Part shown: positions 40,124-48,484 of the stretch, piece by piece
How the letters are laid out: every line of letters begins with the position of its first letter
How positions within the stretch are numbered: position 1 is the stretch's first letter
Assembly (NCBI GenBank): GCA_963719495.1
Contig: CAVRCI010000014.1
Coordinates: 32,001-96,000, forward strand
Length of the DNA stretch: 64,000 bases
Source: an uncultured Verrucomicrobiae bacterium
Lineage (GTDB): Bacteria; Verrucomicrobiota; Verrucomicrobiia; Chthoniobacterales; JAATET01
Direction: 5' to 3'
Translations under genes and position numbers: made by a program
Notes under the pieces: generated by a model
Told to the model about the DNA's origin: nothing
Database searches by the model: none
The model's input: only the letters and a program-made list of their open reading frames with translations

Positions 40124-42370
40124 ATGAAACACACCAAATACCGTCACTTCATCGGAAAGCTCCTTTCCACGGCCGCATTCGCGGTCGCCGTCTCGCTCGC
40201 GTCTCACGACGCGTCCGCCGCTGATCTCCGGAGTCAATACACGTTCAAGCCGATCAAGATCGGCGGCGGCGGCTGGGTGACCGGGATGGCGATCCACCCG
40301 TATTCGGCGAACGTCGTCTATTGCCGCACCGACGTCGGCGGGGCCTACCGCTGGAACAACTCCACCCGATCGTGGAAGCAGCTCATCACGGCGAGCAGCA
40401 TGCCCGCCGCTTTGATGAATCTCAACGAAGGCAACCCGGGCGTCATCCGGAAGCAGGCTTACAACGTGGAATCCATCGGCCTGGCGCCCTCGGGTTCCAG
40501 CACGATTTACCTCGCGGCTGGGGATACGGCCAGCGGGGAAGCGGGCGGGTTTTTGTTCAAGAGCACGGACTACGGCAACACCTTCAGCCTGCTCCCGCTG
40601 CGCGTCTTCATGAAGGGCAATAGCGCCTTCCGGACGACGGGCGAGAGGATTGCCGTGAAGCCCAACAATAACGATATCGTGCTGTTCGGCACCCGTCGCG
40701 ACGGCCTCCAGCGGTCGACGAACGGGGGTGCCTCGTGGACGCGGGTGACGAGTCTGCCCGGCGGCGTGAAGATCAGCGGCATGGACGTGGGCGTGTGCGC
40801 CGTGCAGTTCGACCTCGGGGTTGCGGACCGGGCGTATGCTTCAGTCGCCGGCCAGGGAATCTACCGCTCCGACAACGCCGGGGCGAGTTGGTATCCCATC
40901 CTGAGCACCACCTGGGCGGAGGACATGCAGTGGAGCAATGGCGACCTGTTCATCTGCTCGCGTTCGCAGGGACTCGGCGTGCGCAAGTATGCTTCGGCCA
41001 CCGGGACGTGGAGCAACATCACTCCGAACGGGGTCACCGGCATCGAGGACATCGCCGTCGCTCCCTGGAACAAGAACCGCGTCTACGCGGTCACCGAAGG
41101 CGTGAGCCGAAGCTTCCGCTCCACGAATGGCGGCACGAGCTGGACGGAACTCGCCACGAACAACACGCCGACGGGGCGGACGAAGTTTCAGTCGGCTGAT
41201 TTCCCGTGGGCGGAGAGCAGCACCCTGCGGGAGTTCTTCTCCGTCGGGGCGATCGAACTCGATCCCCAGAATTCCAGTCGTCTCTGGTTTGCGGAAGGCA
41301 TGGGCATGTGGCTCTCGGAGAACATCTCCGACACGAACAACGCCCCGATCCTCAACAACATCTCTTCCGGAATCGAAGAAATGGTGGCCACCGACATCGT
41401 CGCGTTGCCCGGCGGCAAGACGATCAAGACGACGTGGGACCGCATCGGATTCACCCACACGAATCCGGACGTGTCTCCGTCCGACCAGCTTGGACTCAGC
41501 AACGCCTTCTCGTCGGGTTGGTCGGTAGCGACCACGCCGGCGTGGTCGGGTTACGCCGTGGCCAACGTCGTCAATCACCTCAATCGAGATCGAAACTACA
41601 CCGGTCGGACCTACGACGGCGGGGTCAATTGGTATCCCTTCAGTTCGATCGTCAACGGCTTCAACAACCCGGTGGCGCTGAGGTTTGGAGAAATCGTGGT
41701 CTCGGCCACCAGCTTGGATAACCTGGTGTGGCATCCTCGCAACGACAACGACGCCGTTTACTACACCACCAACGGCGGATCGACCTGGAACCTCTCGTCC
41801 CTGGTCGTCAACGACTGGGATTCCTTTTTCTTCGGTGACCGTCGTCGGCTCGCGGTCGACGGAAGCGTGGGCGGGAGGTTTTACTTCTACACTTGGAACG
41901 ACGGCGTCCTCCGCCGCAGCGACAACCAGGGAGCCAGCTTCTACGACGGTGGCGGCCGACTGCCGACCACGACGTATTGGTCGAAACTCGAAGGCGTCTT
42001 CGGAAAGGCGGGCCACCTCTGGTTCACCACCGGTTGGGACCACTACAATCCGTCGCAGTCCGGTCTCTATCGCTCCACCAACTCGGGCGGGCTCTTCACG
42101 AAGCTCCCGAACGTCCAGGACGCCTGGGCGATCGGCTTCGGGAAAGCCGCGTCGGGTGCGACCTATCCGACCATCTTCCTCTACGGTCGGATCAATAATC
42201 AGTGGGGACTCTACCGCTCGACGAACGAGGGAAGCACGTGGGACCTCTGCGCGGACTATCCGCTCGGATTGTTCGACCGCGTGACGGTCGTCACCGGAGA
42301 TCCTGACGTCTTCGGCAAGGTCTACCTCGGCTGGGCTGGCAACAGCTTTGGCTACGGCACCTTCAACTGA
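40124..42370 (+). CDS. Secreted GH74-like (xyloglucanase-fold) BNR/Asp-box beta-propeller
   Basis: IGGGGWVTG, RTDVGGAYRW, GERIAV.P, repeated S.(D/N)GG.(S/T)W, GDP.VFG.VY.G..G. Confidence 0.88.
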   Translation: MKHTKYRHFIGKLLSTAAFAVAVSLASHDASAADLRSQYTFKPIKIGGGGWVTGMAIHPYSANVVYCRTDVGGAYRWNNSTRSWKQLITASSMPAALMNLNEGNPGVIRKQAYNVESIGLAPSGSSTIYLAAGDTASGEAGGFLFKSTDYGNTFSLLPLRVFMKGNSAFRTTGERIAVKPNNNDIVLFGTRRDGLQRSTNGGASWTRVTSLPGGVKISGMDVGVCAVQFDLGVADRAYASVAGQGIYRSDNAGASWYPILSTTWAEDMQWSNGDLFICSRSQGLGVRKYASATGTWSNITPNGVTGIEDIAVAPWNKNRVYAVTEGVSRSFRSTNGGTSWTELATNNTPTGRTKFQSADFPWAESSTLREFFSVGAIELDPQNSSRLWFAEGMGMWLSENISDTNNAPILNNISSGIEEMVATDIVALPGGKTIKTTWDRIGFTHTNPDVSPSDQLGLSNAFSSGWSVATTPAWSGYAVANVVNHLNRDRNYTGRTYDGGVNWYPFSSIVNGFNNPVALRFGEIVVSATSLDNLVWHPRNDNDAVYYTTNGGSTWNLSSLVVNDWDSFFFGDRRRLAVDGSVGGRFYFYTWNDGVLRRSDNQGASFYDGGGRLPTTTYWSKLEGVFGKAGHLWFTTGWDHYNPSQSGLYRSTNSGGLFTKLPNVQDAWAIGFGKAASGATYPTIFLYGRINNQWGLYRSTNEGSTWDLCADYPLGLFDRVTVVTGDPDVFGKVYLGWAGNSFGYGTFN

Positions 42371-42490
42371 TGAGCCTTGGGGTCGAGGGATTCAACGTGA
42401 TCACTCGACATCGCAGCCAACGGCTCCAGTCCGAATCGGGACTGGAAGCCGTTCGCTGATTTTTTTCCAACATCCTGATTCAGTATCCAA

Positions 42491-43960
42491 ATGTCCTTTC
42501 GCATTACCTTCATCGGGGCCGGTTCCATCGGCTTCACGCGCAAACTCGTCGCTGACCTGCTGTCGATTCCGGAATTCAACGACGTCGAGTTTGCCTTCAC
42601 CGACATCGACCGGGAGTATCTCGCGATGGTCACCGACCTTTGTCGGCGGGACATCGAGCACAACGGGTGCGCGGCACGGATCGTTTCGACGACGGATCGT
42701 CGGGAGGCCCTCCGGGGGGCGCGCTACGTTTTCTGCGTGGTTCGAATCGGGGGCCTCGAGGCGTTCCGGAGCGATATCGAGATTCCGCTGCGTTACGGAG
42801 TGGATCAATGCGTGGGGGATACCCTGTGCGCGGGCGGCCTGATGTATGCGCAGCGGGGAATCCCGGCGATTCTGGATTTCTGTCGGGACATTCGCGAGCT
42901 GGCGGAACCGGGATGCCTGCTGCTCAATTATTCGAATCCCATGGCGATGCTGACCTGGGCGGCCAACGTCTACGGCGGGGTTCGCTGCGTGGGGCTCTGT
43001 CACGGCATCCAGCACGGCGGCGTGCAAATCGCGAAGGTGCTCGGAGTCGAACCCGGCGAGGTCAGCTACGTCTGCGCGGGGATCAATCACCAGACCTGGT
43101 ACGTCGACGTGCGGGTGGGCGCGCGGCGGATCTCCGGCGATCAACTGCTGGCCGCGTTCCGGAAACATCCCGAATTCTCGCGGACGGAGAAGTGTCGCAT
43201 CGACATGCTCGAGCGGTTCGGAGTCTACAGCACGGAAAGCAACGGACACCTGAGCGAATACCTCATGTGGTATCGCAAGCGCCCGTCGGAGATCGGAAAA
43301 TGGTGCGATCTGGAGCTGTGGATCAATGGCGAGACCGGCGGGTATTTGCGCATCTGCAACGAATCGCGGGATTGGTTTGCCCGGGAGTTCGCGCGCGGAG
43401 CGGAGGGGCATCCGCCGCTCGTCTACGCGGAGGAAAACCGCTCCGAGGAACACGGTGCGTTCATCCTGGAAGCGCTCGAGACGGGTCGCGTCTACCGCGG
43501 ACACTTCAATCTCCCGAACGGCGGAGCCATCAGCAATCTCCCGGAGGATGCGCTGATCGAAGGGCCGGGCTTCGTGGATCGACATGGAATCCAGATGGTG
43601 CCGGTCGGCGATCTGCCCCTCGGCTGCGCGGCGGTGTGCGCGCAATCGGTCTCCGTGCAGCGGCTGGGTGTCGAGGCGGCGGTCCACGGCGATCCGTTGC
43701 TGCTGAAGCAGGCCATGCTGCTCGATCCGCTGGTCGGGGCGGTGTGCGATCCGCCGGAGGTCTGGCAAATGACGGACGAACTGCTCGTCGCTCAAGCCAA
43801 GTGGCTGCCGCAATATCGGACCGCCATTGCGGCTGCCAAGCGGCGGCTCAAAAAGGGTGAATTGATCGAACCCGTCGCCTCGCCGGGATACCGACCGGCG
43901 AAGAAGGAACTGGCTCGTCGCGCGAAATCGCGCGTGTCGAAGGATCGAGCGACTCGTTGA
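42491..43960 (+). CDS. GH4 NAD-dependent alpha-galactosidase/glucosidase (MelA-like)
   Basis: ITFIGAGSIGF, GDTLCAGG, NYSNPM, GLCHG, GINHQTW, TESNGHLSEY. Confidence 0.92.
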   Translation: MSFRITFIGAGSIGFTRKLVADLLSIPEFNDVEFAFTDIDREYLAMVTDLCRRDIEHNGCAARIVSTTDRREALRGARYVFCVVRIGGLEAFRSDIEIPLRYGVDQCVGDTLCAGGLMYAQRGIPAILDFCRDIRELAEPGCLLLNYSNPMAMLTWAANVYGGVRCVGLCHGIQHGGVQIAKVLGVEPGEVSYVCAGINHQTWYVDVRVGARRISGDQLLAAFRKHPEFSRTEKCRIDMLERFGVYSTESNGHLSEYLMWYRKRPSEIGKWCDLELWINGETGGYLRICNESRDWFAREFARGAEGHPPLVYAEENRSEEHGAFILEALETGRVYRGHFNLPNGGAISNLPEDALIEGPGFVDRHGIQMVPVGDLPLGCAAVCAQSVSVQRLGVEAAVHGDPLLLKQAMLLDPLVGAVCDPPEVWQMTDELLVAQAKWLPQYRTAIAAAKRRLKKGELIEPVASPGYRPAKKELARRAKSRVSKDRATR

Positions 43961-43961
43961 G

Positions 43962-45740
43962 TCAGGGCGCGGCGCGGCGGGGTGCGTCGGGTCGAGTCTG
44001 CATCGTCTCGACCGCGGTCGCGAAGACGGCGAGGACGCGACCCAGCTCCGACTCCTTGTTGCGCGCTCTCCAGACGTGGGTCAGGCCGTCGCGCAGCTCA
44101 CCGGCGTGCCGGGCCACCGTGGCGACAGGGACGGGCGGCTCCGGGGAGCGTCCGGCCCGGTGCAGGAGAACGAGAAGGATTTCCTCCATGACCCGCTGCC
44201 CGAGCAGACCCACCCGGATCTCCGCTTTCAAGAGCGCGTCCACGTCCGGGGCACCTTCCAGCACCGCTTCGATGCGGGCGTGCAACTCGTGCAGTCGGCT
44301 CGAGGCGCGTTGGTGCACGGTCGCGGGCTGCTCGAAACAGCCGTTGAAGATCCCGGTCGCGGCGTCGAACCACGACTCCGGCACGTTGCGGGAGCGGGGT
44401 TGAAAGGTCCGCGCCAGATCGGTCCACCGGGCGGCCTGCGCCTCGGAACTCTCGGCGAGCAGCCCCCAGAGCGTGCCGGTGGCATCCCCGAAAACCACGC
44501 GGGACGCCATCGCTGGGAAGTGGTCGGTCGCGAGCGCGGGCGCGTGACAATTCCAAGCGGCGGCGGCTCCGAGTGCCAGAAGGGGCAGGGTCGGCCCAAG
44601 GGAATTGATGTGCCCGCAATCGCCCCAATCGGTGAGCAGAAACCCGGACGCGCGGTGGGCGAGTCCGAGCCGGGCGTAGCCCACGATGTTTTCGCGGGCG
44701 TGGGTGTAGGCGGGGATCCAGCGGTCCCACGTCTGCGCGCCCGAACAGACGTAGAATGAGCGTCCCGACCGGTCCAAGGATTCGCAATTGGTCTCACCAA
44801 GTTCCGCGGAGTAGTCCCAATCCAGCAGGATCGCCGATTCGGGGATTTCCGGGAGGAGTTCCGGGTGGTGACGCATGACGTCGCCCCAGAAGAGCGGGGT
44901 CGCGTCCGCTTGCTCGACGAGACGGATGACTTTTTTCAGAAAGTTCACGTAGAGACGCCCCTTGCCGACGGCGGCCGCGACTTGCCGGTTTCGACCGTTC
45001 CCGAGATCGAATGTCTCGTCGCAACAGATGTTGAAATACCGCGAGCGAAACAACGGTCGAACTTCGCGAATGATCGCTGCCACCAGCGCGAGACTCTCGG
45101 GATTCTCGCAATCCAGCGTGTAATGCATCATCCGATCCCACCAATTGAAGTCGTCCTTCGAGGCGTCTCGCTCCAGCTCGTTGAGGTGGGGAAATTTCCG
45201 CTGAATCCAGGTGCAGAAATGTCCGAACGTGCTGAACGACGGAACCAGGTCGATGTGCAACTCGGCGCACCGCGCGTCCAGGGCGCGGATCTCGTCGGCA
45301 GTGAGTGGGTCGGCGCCAGCCCACACCTCGGGATGTTCCCGGAAGGCGTAGGTGTGCTCGACGTAGAGTTCGAGGTGATTGAGTTTGAATGCCGCGCAGG
45401 TCTCCGCCAGGTCCAGCAGCGTCGCCAGGGTCGGGACCTTCCCCCGGGTCACGTCGTGGTAAAAGCCGCGAACGGGGAAGTCGGGCCAATCGACGATCTC
45501 CAGACACGGCAGCCGGGTTGGAAAGGCTCGCCGCAATTGCCGGAGCGTCTCGTCGGCGAATTGCAGCCCCGCCGCGGTCGGGGATTCCAACGCGATCTCT
45601 GCGGGTGAGATCACGATCCGATACGCCTCGGTCTCCGGTCGCTCGATGGACGTGATTCGCCGGGTCGGGTCGGTGACCGCGGGGCAGTCGCCGTCGCGTT
45701 CGCGGAGGACCTTCGGAGGCGGGATCAGGTCGGCTACCAA
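43962..45740 (-). CDS. GH20 beta-N-acetylhexosaminidase-like protein
   Basis: DWPDFPVRG.YHDVTRG, LVPSFSTFGH, NICCDET, LLTDWGD.GH. TTG start inferred. Confidence 0.85.
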   Translation of the reverse strand: MVADLIPPPKVLRERDGDCPAVTDPTRRITSIERPETEAYRIVISPAEIALESPTAAGLQFADETLRQLRRAFPTRLPCLEIVDWPDFPVRGFYHDVTRGKVPTLATLLDLAETCAAFKLNHLELYVEHTYAFREHPEVWAGADPLTADEIRALDARCAELHIDLVPSFSTFGHFCTWIQRKFPHLNELERDASKDDFNWWDRMMHYTLDCENPESLALVAAIIREVRPLFRSRYFNICCDETFDLGNGRNRQVAAAVGKGRLYVNFLKKVIRLVEQADATPLFWGDVMRHHPELLPEIPESAILLDWDYSAELGETNCESLDRSGRSFYVCSGAQTWDRWIPAYTHARENIVGYARLGLAHRASGFLLTDWGDCGHINSLGPTLPLLALGAAAAWNCHAPALATDHFPAMASRVVFGDATGTLWGLLAESSEAQAARWTDLARTFQPRSRNVPESWFDAATGIFNGCFEQPATVHQRASSRLHELHARIEAVLEGAPDVDALLKAEIRVGLLGQRVMEEILLVLLHRAGRSPEPPVPVATVARHAGELRDGLTHVWRARNKESELGRVLAVFATAVETMQTRPDAPRRAAP

Positions 45741-46264
45741 CGCACCGAGTCGATCAAGACGCTCCCGCTGAAGCCGGGCGCGATCAGAAACTGAACGCCG
45801 ACACTTTTCACCCGTGCCGCGTCGCCCGGCAGCTCGAATGCGATCGGCGTCCAGCTTTCCCTCCGCGGATTTTCTTCCCATTGGTTCTTCATGACGTCGC
45901 CGTCCATCGTCACGTAAGGCGCGACCACGGACACTCCGGGGTCCCCCGGCAACCAGTATGATAGCTGCACGACGTCGCCGGGTTGGAGGTCGGGCGGGTC
46001 CTTCAACTCGACGTTGCAGAGTTGCGGCTCGTCGGTCGTATTGTTCAGGACGATGCACAAGCTCGACTCGCCGGTCACCGCCTCGTCCACGCTGGTGGTG
46101 ACCGACTCGATGGAGGGATTTTCCCAGGCGCTCATCCAACCTTCCGTGCCCGTCTCGAAATCGGACCGATCCGTCGTCTCGCCGTCCTCCGCCCGGACCG
46201 AGCCAGGTGCCGCCATGGCGGCGGAGATTGCCCAGAGAATCAGCGGGAGGAGGGAGGGTTTCAT
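45734..46264 (-). CDS. Secreted carbohydrate-binding-module-like protein
   Basis: Signal peptide; DFETGTEGW ... VGVQF ... GSVLIDSVRW, a jelly-roll CBM pattern. Confidence 0.65.
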   Translation of the reverse strand: MKPSLLPLILWAISAAMAAPGSVRAEDGETTDRSDFETGTEGWMSAWENPSIESVTTSVDEAVTGESSLCIVLNNTTDEPQLCNVELKDPPDLQPGDVVQLSYWLPGDPGVSVVAPYVTMDGDVMKNQWEENPRRESWTPIAFELPGDAARVKSVGVQFLIAPGFSGSVLIDSVRW

Positions 46265-46309
46265 GGCGTCACCTTGCCGACTTCCGAGCTCCCACTCAAA
46301 CCATCCTGG

Positions 46310-46325
46310 ATGCAATCAGTTACAA
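46310..46325 (-). promoter_or_regulatory. Candidate operator ATGCAATCAGTTACAA
   Basis: 14/16 match to the reverse complement of the site at 47596-47611. Confidence 0.55.
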
Positions 46326-46326
46326 T

Positions 46327-46475
46327 GGGTGTGATAGCGAAAAGGTCAAAGGGGCGAGACGAAGAAAGCGCCGCGGAAATTGAAGACGGCTGGCGCGGCG
46401 CGACCAGCCCCACCCAGTCGGGTAGGGAACGTCGCGCCGCGCGTTCCCTTGCTCTCTCTGCCCACTTTCGCAACC
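46327..46475. mobile_element. MITE-like element with REP-like doublet (copy 2)
   Basis: Diverged copy of 22064-22222 with a shortened right end. Exact 9-bp direct repeat AGTTACAAT at 46318-46326 and 46476-46484. Confidence 0.75.
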
Positions 46476-46477
46476 AG

Positions 46478-47566
46478 TTACAATTCCCGCGGACTCGGCG
46501 TGGCGCGCACCTCGGGAGCCGTTCGACCGGGCTGCCACACGCCGGTGAGCAGGGTTTGAAAGGGGAAATCCGGCTGGCCGCGCTCGCCCTTGCGAACAAG
46601 CTTGTCGAGGATCTCGATGGCGCGCGGGCCGAAGTCTTCAATTCGCTCGTTGGTCGACGCGACGCTTGGGCGCTGGTTGGTCCCGTCGACGCCGATGTTG
46701 ATGTAGGCCACGTCGTCGGGGACTTTCTTTTTGATCAACTCGAGCCACCACAGGGGCGACGCGTTATCGGAGATGATGACGTCGGGTTTTTGCTCGCGGA
46801 GCCACTTGCGAAACGCGGGCAGGTAGCTCGGGTGGTCGACGCGGCTGGGGTTTTCGCTCTCCCACGTGTGAATTTCCGGCTGGGGACCGTGGGCGCGGAC
46901 GAGCTTCTCTCGCTCCCACCAGAGGAGTCCCGTGCGGCTGGGATCGATGAACGAGGTGAGGTGCAGGAATCCAATCCGGCGATAGCCCAGCGCCACCGCG
47001 TTCTCCACGGCGAGCCGCGTGAGCTGCCCCCAATTGGGCCCGAGGTTGTGGTAGCGCAGGCTGTGCGCGTTGAGGCCGAAGACGATCACCGGGAACCGCT
47101 GGAGAAACGGGCAGTCGAGGATCTCGCGTTGGAGGGCCAGGACGAAGATGCCCAGCACGCCCCGCGCGTAAAGCTGGCGGAAGAGGGTCTCCGGCGGCAG
47201 CTCCGCGCCGCATTGGTAAAAGTCCAGGTGGTAGCCCATCTCCTCCGCGCGTTGCCTCGCAAAATTCGCGACGGCCCGGTGATAGTCGAAGGCCGGCTCG
47301 GCAAGAGGAGTCAATTCAATGATGTCGCCGACCAGGGCGAGCGATTGCCAGGTCTGCGCGCCGCCCCTCGTGCGCCGGTAGGCCGAGAAGGCGCTCATCA
47401 TCGGATCAGGCCGATAGCCCACGGCTGCCGCCGCGTCCCGCACCCGCTGCCGCGTCGCCGCCTTCACGCATTTGAGTCCCTGTAACGCGCGGGACGCCGT
47501 CGCGGTGCTGACGCCCGCCCGCCGGGCAACTTCCGATAAGGGGACCCGGGGGTTTGGCGGCGGCAT
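46478..47566 (-). CDS. LacI-family transcriptional regulator
   Basis: LSEVARRAGVSTATASRAL, VGYRPDP. Confidence 0.9.
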   Translation of the reverse strand: MPPPNPRVPLSEVARRAGVSTATASRALQGLKCVKAATRQRVRDAAAAVGYRPDPMMSAFSAYRRTRGGAQTWQSLALVGDIIELTPLAEPAFDYHRAVANFARQRAEEMGYHLDFYQCGAELPPETLFRQLYARGVLGIFVLALQREILDCPFLQRFPVIVFGLNAHSLRYHNLGPNWGQLTRLAVENAVALGYRRIGFLHLTSFIDPSRTGLLWWEREKLVRAHGPQPEIHTWESENPSRVDHPSYLPAFRKWLREQKPDVIISDNASPLWWLELIKKKVPDDVAYINIGVDGTNQRPSVASTNERIEDFGPRAIEILDKLVRKGERGQPDFPFQTLLTGVWQPGRTAPEVRATPSPREL

Positions 47567-47595
47567 GACTCCAATGAAGCGGGGCCGGAGGGTTT

Positions 47596-47611
47596 GTGCA
47601 ACTGATTGCAT
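47596..47611 (+). promoter_or_regulatory. Candidate operator GTGCAACTGATTGCAT
   Basis: Near-palindrome between the LacI gene and the divergent PEP-CTERM operon. Confidence 0.65.
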
Positions 47612-47695
47612 GTTTTCCGACTTTCCTTCGCTTGGGGTCGTTCTAAATTTAGCCTCCAACTCCAGTGACAATTCCCAACCCCACCTAATCCACCC

Positions 47696-48400
47696 ATGAA
47701 ACGTATCCTCCTCCCCCTGTTGACCATCAGCGCCCTTGCCCTCTCCAGTGCCAGTGCTCAGACCATTCTCGAAATTAACTTCGACTCCGCCCCGGCTGGG
47801 TTCACGCAGACCAATGCGTTCACGAACGGCACCCCGGACCCGACGAAATCCTACAGCGTTGTGAACACCGCGGGAGTCGGCGGAACGAACGGTGGCGTTG
47901 CGACGATGGACTCGACCGGTCTGACGGGCGCGACCTTCCTAGACTTTCAGAATCAGACGTACACCAACGCGCGCGTCAATACCGCGACCAGCACGAATCA
48001 GGCGGACTACACCCTCACGTTCGACGTCCGGGCGGTGGGCCTCACCGGTGCCTCGGCCTTTGGTGGCGCCGAGTTGTTCTTCGAGGATGGCTCCATTCAG
48101 CGGAACTTCACGGGCTCCTTCAATATCACGTCATCGTATACGCCGGTTTCCTTCTCGTTGTCCGAGTTGGGCGGTGGATCTGGAACCATCACGGACTTTG
48201 CGTCGACCCTCAATACTGGGACCTTCTCGTTGAGGGTCGCGGCCCCTGGCGCGTTGAACGATTTCGCCCTCGCGAGCGGGAACCAGATCATCGTCGACAA
48301 CATCTCGATCCAAGCCGTCCCCGAGCCCGCCACGCTCGTTTTGGTGATTGGGTCGCTGGGATTCGTGATGATCGCTATGCGCCGCCATCGGCGCGCGTAG
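47696..48400 (+). CDS. PEP-CTERM sorting-domain protein
   Basis: Signal peptide; VDNISIQAVPEPAT + TM helix + RRHRR. Confidence 0.92.
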   Translation: MKRILLPLLTISALALSSASAQTILEINFDSAPAGFTQTNAFTNGTPDPTKSYSVVNTAGVGGTNGGVATMDSTGLTGATFLDFQNQTYTNARVNTATSTNQADYTLTFDVRAVGLTGASAFGGAELFFEDGSIQRNFTGSFNITSSYTPVSFSLSELGGGSGTITDFASTLNTGTFSLRVAAPGALNDFALASGNQIIVDNISIQAVPEPATLVLVIGSLGFVMIAMRRHRRA

Positions 48401-48484
48401 CTCGTCGGGGCGACTCGTCGAGCATGTCGCGCGCGGAGCAATCCGCGCGCGTTTCTCATCCCTCCATCCCTCATTGCATAATTA

